Shown one piece after another: positions 29,593 to 40,180 of a stretch of DNA of 64,000 nucleotides. Made by a program: the position numbers and the translations under genes. Source of the stretch: Paramoeba atlantica (Eukaryota; Protista; Discosea); assembly GCA_977017575.1 (NCBI GenBank), contig CDRNVI010000029.1, forward strand, positions 930,001 to 994,000. The letters are read 5' to 3'. Every line of letters begins with the position of its first letter. The stretch's first letter is position 1. The notes under the pieces were generated by a model, which saw only the letters and a list, made by a program, of their open reading frames with translations, was not told the origin of the DNA and ran no database searches.

Positions 29593-30789
29593 CTATTCCC
29601 CAGGAACTACATAAACTTGAGCACTCCGCACCGACACTACCTCTCGATCCGGAAGTAGTAAAGCAGAAAGTCTTCCACCATACACACAGCCAGTATCTAA
29701 ACCAAGCGCGCTGCAATGCTTTTGAAGTTTGCGTGCCGCATCGTGACCGAATACAACCAGAGAGGTGCTTTGATAACCAGAAGCCCATGAGTGTATTCCT
29801 GCTTTTTCTGAAAGAGCATTCGTTATGTCACGCTTCGTATTCACAGAACCGCTGTCTTTAATCAATTCTGTGGAATTTTCATTTTGGCATTTCATGTCTG
29901 ATGAATTACGATCGATCTTCTTAACAAGTTGTTCTCCCGGTGGCTTGATTTCTTGTAATACCTTCGAATCTTCTTGTTGTAACGAATAGTTCATACCCAA
30001 TGCATCTGTATTGTTTCCAGCATGATTGCCCGTGTTAAGTTCTGCTGTAGAACTCAACACCACGGAACGGGCATGCATTGCATCATACGCATTTGTATGC
30101 TCCATTGGAGAATCAAGGGCCGCGTGAGTCACTACTACGTCATACTCGGGTAAATACAACACATGCGGCAAGTTTTGAAGATAAACCAGCAAATCAGGAG
30201 GTAGTATTCGTGCCAGGGTTTGATGAGCTGGTCGAGAAGGGTGCTCACTGGCCTCTATGAAAGGACGTGCTCGTGAGGCCCATCGGAGTACTTGCCAGTC
30301 ATGGTTGCCTACTACCCCGTACGCAGAATGATCTTTCATAAACTTCACAACTTTCTCCGATTCAGGGCCTTTGACAACTAAATCACCGACATGCACAAGC
30401 AAATCCCGGCTCGGATCATAGCCCGTTCTTTGAAGTAGGGATTCGAGTTCAGCAAAACAACCGTGTATATCACCAATAAGTATAATTCGAGGTAAGGATG
30501 ACGAAATATGTGATGTCGTATTGTTGCACACGGAAACATCAGAAGAATCACGATTGGCCGGCGTGGCCCCCAAATCCAAATCCTTCATTTTTAAGTCCAC
30601 GTTCATATCTACACATATTTCTCCTTGTCTAACATAGGAAGTAGAAGGTAGGCGATCTGGAACGGAATGGGCTGACCAATCATAGAGCCGGACAGTGGGA
30701 TGTACGCGCAGTACTTTTACACGAAGTGCTCCAACCTGACTTCTTAGAAAATTGATTTCCTCTAGGGATTTACATCTTCGGGGCTTCAT
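29593..30789 (-). CDS. ApaH-like phosphatase (ALPH/Ppn2-type metallophosphoesterase)
   Basis: IGDIHGC, GDLVVKGP, GNHD, THAA, FGHDA and LDTGCVYGG motifs. Likely ATG at 30789. Confidence 0.9.
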   Translation of the reverse strand: MKPRRCKSLEEINFLRSQVGALRVKVLRVHPTVRLYDWSAHSVPDRLPSTSYVRQGEICVDMNVDLKMKDLDLGATPANRDSSDVSVCNNTTSHISSSLPRIILIGDIHGCFAELESLLQRTGYDPSRDLLVHVGDLVVKGPESEKVVKFMKDHSAYGVVGNHDWQVLRWASRARPFIEASEHPSRPAHQTLARILPPDLLVYLQNLPHVLYLPEYDVVVTHAALDSPMEHTNAYDAMHARSVVLSSTAELNTGNHAGNNTDALGMNYSLQQEDSKVLQEIKPPGEQLVKKIDRNSSDMKCQNENSTELIKDSGSVNTKRDITNALSEKAGIHSWASGYQSTSLVVFGHDAARKLQKHCSALGLDTGCVYGGRLSALLLPDREVVSVRSAQVYVVPGE

Positions 30790-30921
30790 GTGTCTAACAG
30801 AAAGTATTCCCTGCGGTGAAAAGCATAGAAACAAGAATTTGTGTACCAAGAACAGGCAAGAATTGAAGTTGAGTACTAGGACCGTATTGCACATAGATCT
30901 CAATCACAGAGGCTTCTGATA

Positions 30922-31012
30922 CTGTGCCCCCCAACTTATAGTGCCGCGGGGTACCCCCCACTTATGGTGCCGTTTGGTCGAAAACCGCGGCACTATAAGT
31001 GGGGGGGCACAG
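30922..31012. mobile_element. 91-bp mini-MITE, TA target duplication, 28-bp TIRs
   Basis: TA|CTGTGCCCCCCAACTTATAGTGCCGCGG ... CCGCGGCACTATAAGTGGGGGGGCACAG|TA, one mismatch. A third internal copy of the core (CCCCCCACTTATGGTGCCG) lies near 30954-30972. Confidence 0.82.
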
Positions 31013-31098
31013 TAATAGGAATATTAAGTCTTGACAAAATGCTGCCAGTTCGTCTAGAATGTAAAATGAAATATAGTACACCGTCAAAGCTACACCAA

Positions 31099-32295
31099 TT
31101 ACAGAGTCACATCCAGTAGTAAGCTTTTCATTTCCACTTCCTTATCAAAGTACATGCGTAGTTCATCCCGAGTAACCCAGGCCCAGCGCGCAGGCCGGGG
31201 TTGTATAAAATCAATGACAGGATTCCCGTCAAGCAGAGAGGCATGAAAAATGTAAATATGCTCCGTTGTTTTTTCGGCGTTCGTCGGGTCCTTTTTACGA
31301 AGTACTCCAACAGGAGCATTGCTGTACACGTACGTTTCCATTAATTCGGAATGGTGAGTATGTAGAGCTCGGTCAAGACTCATCCGAAGACTTTCGCCAT
31401 CAACCCGATTGACGTAAGGCACGGACCATTGAATCTGTGTTTCGGAACGTTCACTGGGTAAATATTCATCAGTTTGATTGGTTTTCACCTCCTCATGTTT
31501 AACTTCATGACCAATAATAAAATACAAGTGTCGATCCAAACATCGATCGGTGCTATGAGCATAATCGTGCATTAGTTTAGCATCCGAAGACTCGGGAGCG
31601 TCATAGGAAGCTATTTTTTCTGGTTCATTATTTTCCTTGTTTTCTTGACCGGTTTTCGTTATCAATTTCTCCGACGCATTTCTCCCTCCATTGTAAATAT
31701 CAAGCAAGGAACAGAAATCCATTTCTGTTCTCCGCGAGGGCGGCTCCCATGTGTTAATCATCAAACGGTGTACCTCTTGATACGTATCCATGTTGTAAAA
31801 ATTATCCTTTAATGCCCGAAGCTTCGCTGCAGCACTTTCTTTCGAATCTGCGTTAGGATTCGGTTGAGCTTCAGAAGCTTTCGGTCCCTTTCGATACGCA
31901 GGCAAACCACTGGAGGCGATATCTCTCTGCCATGCATCCAACGACAACCCGCGATTCTTCCAAAAGTTCTGCGAAGCCTCGGCGGGGTTGTCCTTATTCG
32001 CAAAAGAGGAGGGAGGAGCACCCGACATAATACGTGAGTGGTGCCGGCTGTACAAGTTGTACTCATTCTCTAGTAAAGTGGAGTAGTTTTGTTCGAGAGG
32101 GTGCAGGTCGGGAAGAATGCGTGGAGGTCGACATAAGAGGTAGCCTACGGAGATGTTCTGGCTGCCGGAGTAGAACACCTGGCGTTGTCGTCTTCCAGGA
32201 ATCTCATCGGCGAGAGTAAGACGGATAGGTGTCGGCTTAATCATCCCGTTGGGGCGAAAAGATGCGAATCCAAGAGTGATGACATTTTTTCTCAT
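31099..32295 (-). CDS. MRPL46: Mitochondrial ribosomal protein mL46
   Basis: YLLCRPPRI..LE..Y..LLE.E...YSRH N-terminal motif, SRRTEMD, CLDRHLYFII and NUDIX-like C-terminus (WAWVTRDEL). ATG at 32295. Confidence 0.8.
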   Translation of the reverse strand: MRKNVITLGFASFRPNGMIKPTPIRLTLADEIPGRRQRQVFYSGSQNISVGYLLCRPPRILPDLHPLEQNYSTLLENEYNLYSRHHSRIMSGAPPSSFANKDNPAEASQNFWKNRGLSLDAWQRDIASSGLPAYRKGPKASEAQPNPNADSKESAAAKLRALKDNFYNMDTYQEVHRLMINTWEPPSRRTEMDFCSLLDIYNGGRNASEKLITKTGQENKENNEPEKIASYDAPESSDAKLMHDYAHSTDRCLDRHLYFIIGHEVKHEEVKTNQTDEYLPSERSETQIQWSVPYVNRVDGESLRMSLDRALHTHHSELMETYVYSNAPVGVLRKKDPTNAEKTTEHIYIFHASLLDGNPVIDFIQPRPARWAWVTRDELRMYFDKEVEMKSLLLDVTL

Positions 32296-32487
32296 GTTTC
32301 CAAGTAAAATCAGTTCAAGTAGAACAATGTTTGTGATACAAATAAAAATTCGATACAAATAAAAATATGCTAATTTCACTATAAAAATGCTGCAATGATT
32401 ATGGAAATTATTGCCACAAATAAGAGGGTTCAAAGTGAAGGAAAAGTCAACTTGGCAAAAAACGTGGCTTAAAAACTTGTTTTTCAA

Positions 32488-33240
32488 TTTTTTTTTGCAA
32501 TTAATAAGGGGGGAGAAGTATGAAACGCGGCATTGCCTCTATATTACCCAATACATGAACCATGAGGGTCCATAGGGGGGGTTGTCATGTTCCAACAGAT
32601 TTTTTTTTTAATTGGGGGGAATAGTATTGAGTCTAACTTTTTATGTATTGAGTCCAACTTTTCCACAATTTCCACACTTTTTTTTGCAAATAATTGGGGG
32701 GAAGAGTACGAATTCTAACTTTTCATTTATACTGCTACGACTTTCCTACTTCATTTCTTAACATTCCCGTATCTTACCCACTTTTTCCCCTTAACGCGTT
32801 TCCACCTACCCGCTTTCCCGTTAACGACTTTCCACTTATTGACTTTCCCTTGCCCACTTTCCCTTTACCCACTTTCTCCTTTACCCACTTTCCCTTTACC
32901 TTTTTTTTTGCAAATAATTGGGGGGAGTTGTATTGAGTCTAACTTTTTTAAATCGAATTCCAACTTTTCCACTTACTAACCCTTCAGCCTTACTAACCCT
33001 TCACCTATACTTATTTTCCCTTCACCCATACATATTTTTTTTCACTTTATTACTTACTTGCCTACTTACTTTACTTCGCCCTTATCAACTTCGCCCGCTT
33101 CTCTCCCTCAACCCCCCCCCCGAGCAACCATTCGCGACTTCCCGACTCCACCCGCTTCTTTCCCTCATTCCACCCCCCCCCGAGCATCCATCCGCGCCTT
33201 CCAAAACTTTGCCCGCTTTTTTCCCTCACTGCCCCCTAAA
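32488..33240 (-). repeat. Repeat-rich 3' region of the retroelement: four CCCCCC-AATTATTTGC-poly(A) modules plus other short repeats
   Basis: + strand T(8-10)-GCAAATAATT-G6 type units near 32488, 32599, 32678 and 32900. CCACTTTCCCTTTAC-type repeats at 32845-32900. CTTACTAACCCTTCA twice (32972, 32989). About 60-bp CCCGCTT..CCCTCA units x3 at 33094-33240. Confidence 0.75.
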
Positions 33241-36200
33241 AATCAATCCGCGCGTGCTTCACCCCTTCTTCTAATAGTGCGCGCCTCGGACCGGGTCTCT
33301 CGACCTCTCCACGGCCTGGCTAGGGAACCCTTCCCTTGTTATACGGGAGGGCGCAGGCGCGGGCATGTGTCGACAGCGGCACGGTCACGAAGTTGGGTTT
33401 TGATCGCCAGATTCGGATGAATGTTCCGAATCCATACCTATCTCACATTGGGGTACCGTGCTCGTGAAAGCGAGGCGTGAGGATAGGCACTGTCGGCTCG
33501 ATCGGCCTCGGGCCGCTCTGGAGGCTACTCCTCCAGAGTTGCGATGGGGTCTTCGGAAGGTGAACGAGCAACCATCATGCGCGCTTGAAAGCGCATAAGG
33601 GTTATGTTTAGTTCAGCGAAGATTCGGCTCGTTGCCTCACCTTCCGAAAGTAGACCCCCCGAAGCGTGCGAACACCTCTCACCGACTTTGCGGAGCACGG
33701 CTGAAGCGCTGGGGCTCCAGGCGCCATAACTTTCGACCACCATGGCCGTAAAGTCGCATCCTGCTTCTACGGCTTCTCGACGCTGCTTGCCCTTCTCCAT
33801 TGAAGAATAATGCTCGGCAAATGACCCCCGCGGCAACCCAGCTAGCGTTTCGGACTTTGTCCGTATATTTAAATTGCTGAGCATGGGTGACCGCGAAGTC
33901 AAGCACAATGGGATTTCCAAGAAAAAGGCTGGGCAAGTATATGTCGCCAGGTCTGGTGAGGGCCCCACCTGGGCCCCTGTTCCCGAGACTCTTTTCTCGT
34001 AGAGGGGCGAGGCGGGCTCGACTTCACACGTCCGCGAACTGATCCGTAACAGCGTTGTGCCTGGTCACAATGCCATGGCCATGTTTGCAAGACAGTGCAT
34101 GGTCCTCTTTGCTGTCAAGGGGGAGCGAACATTTTGGCATGGGGCACGTGCTATCTTCATGGTAAATGTCCACGCCCAACCACCAACGGGCCAAAGTTCG
34201 GAATTGTGGGGGTGTAAAGGCGTGCCCAAGGTCTTTCGAAGAAGTCACAAAGGCCCAGCTGCTCGCTCCCGTGCCACACTGGGAGATCCACCTTGCACGG
34301 GTTCGTGCATCAGTTGCCTCATATTCCTGGGAAAAGGCATGGGCTGCAATACCATAACTGATTACCCGCTGGCGCGGGATCTTCCCTTTGGGCCACTGTG
34401 GGGGTAACATGTCCTGGCAATCTTCAGAACCGTAGAGGGGAGTCGAGAGTGGGTAGGCGTCCGTGGGTGTGTTGGCCGTGCGGGATGTCGTACGAAGGAC
34501 ATGTCCCGGAGGCTCGTCCGGGGGGGGATCATTCCCTGGCGGAGTGCGCCTTCTCTTCCGGTAGAAGTACGGCGCGCTCAGGGCCTTCTCGCATGGGGCG
34601 TTGGGAGTTGTGAGAACACGACCTCGGGGATCGAGGAGAGCAGTGCCGGCCTTCTGATTGATGTCGAGGATGGCCTCCGAGAAACCTTCAGCGTCTGTGG
34701 GATCCCAGGAATCTTTGGCAGAGGCAAAGGCGACCGATGCAACGTAAGCCGCGGAGGCGTGGAGAGCTGCGGATCTCAGACCTAATCCCCCATGGCGCTT
34801 CAGTCGCTATGCTTGAGATTGTGCTGACCTGTCCAGAGGACAGATGATTGCCTCTATAGCGGTCATGAGAACGTCGTCTAAACGGGAGCAAAGGTGAATC
34901 AGGGACTGTGGGGGCGTACTTCTCATGGCATACACCATTTGACAGAACCCCGCACATTGACGAATAAGGGCAAGCGCAACCTGGGAGTCTTGAATGTTGG
35001 TGATGGCATCGAAGGTATCCTCGGCTGGTTCTAGGGCGTGAGAAAGAAGATAAGCAGAGCAGTGGTCGGCGGATCCTACAGGACTCCCTAGTATGTCAAA
35101 GTTCCCCTGCGAATTGATCTTCTCGTCGGGTATGTCTGGGAAGTAAGAAGCCTGGTGGACCGAGCTGGGGGAAGTAATAATTTCGCATTTCGACGTATTG
35201 AGATGCAAGCCTCATTGAGGTCCTACTCGGGCGATCGTGTCTAGGGCGTCTCTAACTTCCTGCGCCTGGCCAACGAGGACGCCATCGTCGAGATGCCAGA
35301 GTTGGGCGGGAATATCAGTTTGAAGGCAAATGGCTTCTGAGAGCTCCAGGGCCACCAACGAGAAGAGCAATGGTCCTAGGGGATCGCCCTGTTGTACTCC
35401 TTCCTCGGAGGAGATGAATCGGGCCCCGTAGGTAAGAGAGCTGGGGTCGGAATAGCACCAATTGATCCAAGGGAAGAGTTCCTGGAAATGTTCCTGTACT
35501 AGTGTAAGGAAAGCAGCCCTGCTTACGTTATTGAAAGCGTTACGTAGGTCCACTTTGCACATGACGAAATTCGGGTTTTCCATATTGGACATGGCCAGGC
35601 GACACATGTGAATGACTCTTTCGGCCCCGGCTGGCGCTGCCACTCCGTACTGTTTGCCTTCAAAGAGCTCGCTCGCTTTGGGTCGGATTGCGTTGCATAC
35701 GGCTTTGCTCGCTAATCAGGGTTTCACCGGCAGCGATCGGACGAACATCATTTTCGCCCTTTGATAGGGCGCACAAGCGCGCCTCTGCAAAGTGCGCCTG
35801 TACTTCAGAGGGTGCCTTCCCAGCTAGGAGGTGATTTGTTAGCTTTGTGAGGGATCGGAGAAAGTCATTTACATGTACGAGCAGTGCTGCCTGTAGGTGC
35901 TCTGGGCGTAAGCCAATAGTGCCGGCAGAGGAGCCCCTGTTGAAGCTCTTCAGCGTCTTCGCAACTTCGCGTTCGTCAAGTTCCAGTGGAGCGCAGTTCG
36001 GGGGCGGGCAGTTTTCGCACGAGTCAATTTGAAGACGACGGGGGTGTTTTTCTAGCAATTTTTCAAACGTCTCGTCATCGTCGGGCGCCATTGGGTCTGA
36101 CGTTAGGGAGGCCAACCCTCTAGAGAACTCGCCGTGGCGGACGAGGGGTTCTGCTCGAATCGCTGCCTTCTCGTCTTTATCAGGGAATTCCGTTGGGGAT

Positions 36201-36590
36201 TTTGGTTTTTTTCACAGGCTACAAGTGCTTCGCTCCATAGGTCCGAGTACTCTTGTTCCGCCCAACGCTGCATGCACTTATACGCGTGTGAGGCATATGC
36301 CATGTGGCCTTTGCGGCCCCCGAGATGCGGAGCTGGTAAAACGCATTTGGAAAGCATGGCCAATAGCGTCCGTGCCTGTAAGGAGTTTTCAGACACCGCG
36401 TTCCGAATGGCGGTGAGGATTTCTTCCCAGATCTGGCGGCGCCGATGAGGCACGTCTTTGCACGTGCTCAGCTGAAGAGAGCAGACAGAAGGAAGAGGTG
36501 GGAGCTCAAAGTTGGTGTTCTCTGGTGTTGGTGCGGTGCTCACTTCGTTGGATGGAGTAGGAAGTTCGGGAGAGTGGAGCGTGACGGTTT
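32490..36590 (-). mobile_element. Degenerate, 5'-truncated non-LTR retrotransposon, CRE clade (RT + restriction-like endonuclease)
   Basis: RT motifs RPIAAGETL, QYGVAAPAGAE, KVDLRNAFN, GVQQGDPLGPLLFSL, WHLDDG, LNTSKCE and GGLGLRSA. Zn knuckle CPMPKC..HALSC, RHN, and RLE motifs PGDIYL/DFAVTH/ESYG. Poly(A)-ended 3' region. Confidence 0.9.
33525..36543 (-). pseudogene. Interrupted RT-RLE polyprotein of the retrotransposon
   Basis: In-frame stops at GPQ*GLHLN, QA*RLKRHGG and DV*SRARL, plus at least 4 frameshifts (for example GETL/LASKAVC and VAAG/SFAEH). Confidence 0.88.
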
Positions 36591-36652
36591 TCTTTTTTTT
36601 TTCAAAATCGTTTCGCCTATTGTATTTTGAAAGTTTGGTACCTATACTAGCT

Positions 36653-36797
36653 TTCTACGCCGTTGTTTTCACAAGATACCCCTTCTTGAAGCCGTGGCAC
36701 GATTCCCGAAATGACACCCCAAAAAATAGGTGTCCTGGCAAAACCAGGCAAAACTCGGCAAAACCCGGCAAAACTTAACAGGTTTCAACCCTCTAAG
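36653..36797. repeat. Dispersed repeat, copy 2, with expanded GGCAAAAC 10-bp tandem (4 units)
   Basis: Matches 323-436. TGGCAAAACC AGGCAAAACT CGGCAAAACC CGGCAAAACT here versus a single unit in copy 1. Confidence 0.85.
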
Positions 36798-37271
36798 ACA
36801 ACTGTCTTCTATGAAAAGGCTCACAAGGAGAAAAGTTTAAGTCCATTAGTAGAATTTTACTGAACGTATTTACTATGAAGAGACACGGAGGCCAGAGAAC
36901 TAGAGGTAGACGAACTCCCGTCAGCTGACATCCCTGCTGTTATCCATCCCGTACAGATAGTATGGGCTTCCTTTCGATAGCATGGGCTTCCTTACTGTCC
37001 TTGGCTTGTCTTCACTACATGGTTGAAATTGGTAGCCCGCGGTTCCTCAGATTACTACAAGCTCAGGCGTAAACACCCTTTTCGGTCATTTTGCGTGGCA
37101 GTGAGGGCATTGGATGACACTGAGTGACTGCACAGGGTCCATTGTATGCGTTCCCTTACAATCCAATGCTTAATTTTATCATAAACTCGCTCTTCTCCAC
37201 CGAAATCTCTCTATTACCCCTCCCTCTCTATTGCGCTGACATTATTTAATATTCCATGTCTGAAGTCCTTT

Positions 37272-38204
37272 TTACAGGACGCCAGTTGCATCCCACGCAT
37301 AATGTAAATCCTCGTTTAACCCATTCAGCGCCGACAAGCACTCGCTACTCAACGGAGGCATGTCCCGTACCCGACTATTTTCGAGAATATGCACAGGTTT
37401 CACTGCCTTTGGAATTACACTCATACCGGAGTCCAGTGCCCACAGTAAACACACCTGGGCTGGGGTCATGTCATGGCGCTTGGCGATTTCTTGCACTACT
37501 GGATCTTGCACAATTCGCTTGTGATCGGGCTCTCGGTTTCCATACACCAGCGCGGGAGGCTCAAGATTCCGTCCCATCGACGTATACGCCATCACATGTA
37601 TCCCATTCGCTTCGCAGTACTTCCGTAACGGTTGTTGCGTAAGATAGGGGTGTACTTCAACCTGATTGACCGCAGGAATGTTTTCCGGAAAAGCTTCTCT
37701 CAAATCCTGCAGATGTTCTACAGTGAAATTGGACACCCCAATGGAACGCACGCGGCCGGACGCTTTCAACTCAATCAGTGCTCTCCACGCCTCATGACGT
37801 CGTTTGCGGTGCGTAGGACTGCGTGGGTTGGCCAGCTTTCCACCAGGCCAGTGCAACAACAACAAATCAATATAACGCGGGGTCGTCCCTCTGGGAATGA
37901 AATTCATGTCAAGCGCCTGGAGCGATTGTTCACAACTTTCCAAGGCCCCTTCGTAGGACATCGCCTCCCGTGGTACTTTGGTGATCAAGAATACTTTTTC
38001 TCGAGGTGTCGCGGTAGCGAATATTCCGAGCGCGACGTAGGTCTCATTTTTATACCCCCGGGCGGTGTCAATCATAGAATAGTGGCACACGTTGCACGCA
38101 TATTGTACGGCATCACTGCATTTATTTTTTCGAGATCGAAAAGTGCCAAGACCAAAGGTAGGCATTCGATTGCCATCGTTGAGTTCGACGTATTCGGCTC
38201 GCAT
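37272..38204 (-). CDS. Aldo-keto reductase (AKR5 / prostaglandin F synthase-like)
   Basis: GLGT, IDTARGYKNE, ITKV, YIDLLLLHWP, IGVSNF, NQVEVHP and IPKA..RILEN-like motifs. Confidence 0.95.
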   Translation of the reverse strand: MRAEYVELNDGNRMPTFGLGTFRSRKNKCSDAVQYACNVCHYSMIDTARGYKNETYVALGIFATATPREKVFLITKVPREAMSYEGALESCEQSLQALDMNFIPRGTTPRYIDLLLLHWPGGKLANPRSPTHRKRRHEAWRALIELKASGRVRSIGVSNFTVEHLQDLREAFPENIPAVNQVEVHPYLTQQPLRKYCEANGIHVMAYTSMGRNLEPPALVYGNREPDHKRIVQDPVVQEIAKRHDMTPAQVCLLWALDSGMSVIPKAVKPVHILENSRVRDMPPLSSECLSALNGLNEDLHYAWDATGVL

Positions 38205-38580
38205 AGAGAAAACAACGTACTGGGAAATAGAGTCCTAAAAAGAGTGCACAGAGTTGTGTAATAAGGAGTCAGGCTTCACGTGTGCAGTAAAAAAGGGAAA
38301 CCAAAAAAATACGCATTACTAGAGGTGGTAACTTATGACCGATACAGATCATTCGATCTCATAGAAAGAAGTTACGATTGCCACAGCACATAGGAAAAGC
38401 TTTTCTTGTTCATATACTCAAAAAAGAAAGCTACTGTATGTTCTATAGTAGCGTTGAGCTCTTCCAAAATAGTTACAGAGAATTCTCATGCGGTGTCACA
38501 CGTGCACTCATTGAAGAATTGATTTTCATAGAAGCCACCGAATTGATATTACACGTCTAAAGGACCTCTTCTGTTATTCG

Positions 38581-39867
38581 CTATCCGTGTTTGGGCAACC
38601 GCTTTGCTGAGCTACCCAAGTGGTTGAAAAAATCTTCCAAAGGAGGAAAATCGACTAAAAACTGTGAACTTTCACTTGAAAGGGGAACGACTAATGCTAC
38701 GGCGATGTGCACCAACCTTGCCTCATCAGTTTGATTATTGTATGACTGGGTCTGGGCTACAGCCTTACCAATTAATTCTTTACCTTTTGTCAAATACATT
38801 TCATCTGTGAGACTTAGGAGGACCTCACGAAGGCTCGCCGTCGCACACAGCTGACGGAGAAAATGTTTTTGAGTCGGTTTATTTTCCAAAGCTTCCATAA
38901 GAAGAGAAAACGTGGATTTGTCTTGATTTTTTATACATGCGCCCGCGAGATTATCTTGCTCTTGGTTTTCAAAGAGTTTATTCTCGAAATCTCTACGCAA
39001 GTGATCTATAAAAATCATAACCTCTCTTGAGGAAACGAAAGACTGCAGTCGAGTGGGATCAATTTCGCCACAGGAGAGGTCTAGATATCCGTTGCTTCCA
39101 GTTTCTCTCTCCGACCTACGCTGCGCATTCGATCCGCTAATTTCAAAGGCATGTTTTGCAATTTTGTGTACACTCTTTATGAACGATTCCGTCTCTAATT
39201 GCTTTTCAGTATTCCAGAGGTCCGGGAATGTGGATTCAGCAAAGCACATTCCAAGAAAATCGTTGTCCAAGCCTCGGCTGTCAAGCCCAGATGAAGTTGA
39301 GACAGATTCAACAAAAGCATCATAGGTTGCACGAGCAGAGAGAGTCAAAGTTATCATTGCGATAACATAGGGAAGAATAAGAAAACGCAGGAAACTATTT
39401 TCGACAACATTACGCCATAAAACAACACGAGTGGATCGACTTTCGGTCCTGCGTATTTTATCGATAAGCGAATCCACCGGACATAGAGATTCGAACACTG
39501 TCTGAATTTTAAGTGAAAATAAAGGATGTGAGCCATGAATTGCAGATCTTTCAGAAGCGGTAAGCCAAGTTCTGACATCATGCAAGTGCTTACGAAACTT
39601 TATATCAAAATTTTGTTGTGCAGATCTCTCCGTTACAAGGTGTGAGCCGATGTACTTGACTCCGTGCGCCAAAAGATCTTCTCTGGAAGGAAAATATCTC
39701 CGTGCGACAATGACTCCAAGGATTAATAAGTTCCAGTACGTCAGGTAGCGCCATCGTCGAGGCCATAAAGCAAAGCGATGGAGGCCAAGTCGTAGGAAAC
39801 GCATAAGCCTTTGTATAATTCTGTTGGTAATCGACAATAAGCGACCAATCCTTTGGAAGGAAATCAT
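38581..39867 (-). CDS. PEX3: Peroxin-3-like peroxisome/glycosome membrane biogenesis protein
   Basis: Basic N-terminus, then a TM (WNLLILGVIVA). VDSLIDKIR..RVVLWRNVVENSFLRFLILPYVIAMITL resembles the conserved Pex3 block (E.L...L...K..LW..LKI.SF.R....Y). Confidence 0.55.
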   Translation of the reverse strand: MISFQRIGRLLSITNRIIQRLMRFLRLGLHRFALWPRRWRYLTYWNLLILGVIVARRYFPSREDLLAHGVKYIGSHLVTERSAQQNFDIKFRKHLHDVRTWLTASERSAIHGSHPLFSLKIQTVFESLCPVDSLIDKIRRTESRSTRVVLWRNVVENSFLRFLILPYVIAMITLTLSARATYDAFVESVSTSSGLDSRGLDNDFLGMCFAESTFPDLWNTEKQLETESFIKSVHKIAKHAFEISGSNAQRRSERETGSNGYLDLSCGEIDPTRLQSFVSSREVMIFIDHLRRDFENKLFENQEQDNLAGACIKNQDKSTFSLLMEALENKPTQKHFLRQLCATASLREVLLSLTDEMYLTKGKELIGKAVAQTQSYNNQTDEARLVHIAVALVVPLSSESSQFLVDFPPLEDFFNHLGSSAKRLPKHG

Positions 39868-40180
39868 GAATTTATCTTTTAGATTAGAAATGAATTAATT
39901 CCTAAATAAAGGGATAGATCAACGGACTTCTCGTTAAAATCTTTGTATCTTTTCCACATCCAAGATTTCATTGTCGAAGGTCAACTTCATGAGCTCATCG
40001 AAGGTTCATGACCATCAAATTGGACTGATTGATTCAATCAAACTCAGTCCTTGTTGTCTACAACATCTAAGCGTCGTAATGAAAGTTGTACTCAGCATCA
40101 CGAACAGAAATAAAAAGGCGAAAGAATTCTGTCGGCAAGGAGGCAAGTCAATTTGACTCAAGGACAAACTTTTGTTGCTA

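Noticed and set aside
32488-32960. CRISPR-like repeat-spacer array
   Set aside because: Repeats are degenerate, end in homopolymers and have irregular spacing; eukaryotic context with no cas genes.
32972-33003. Interstitial telomere array
   Set aside because: Only two isolated CTAACCCT units within a 15-bp duplication, not a (TTAGGG)n tract.
37632-38261. 209-aa + strand ORF opposite the aldo-keto reductase (similarly 44288-44923 and 3178-3714)
   Set aside because: Antisense shadow of a conserved gene with no independent motifs.
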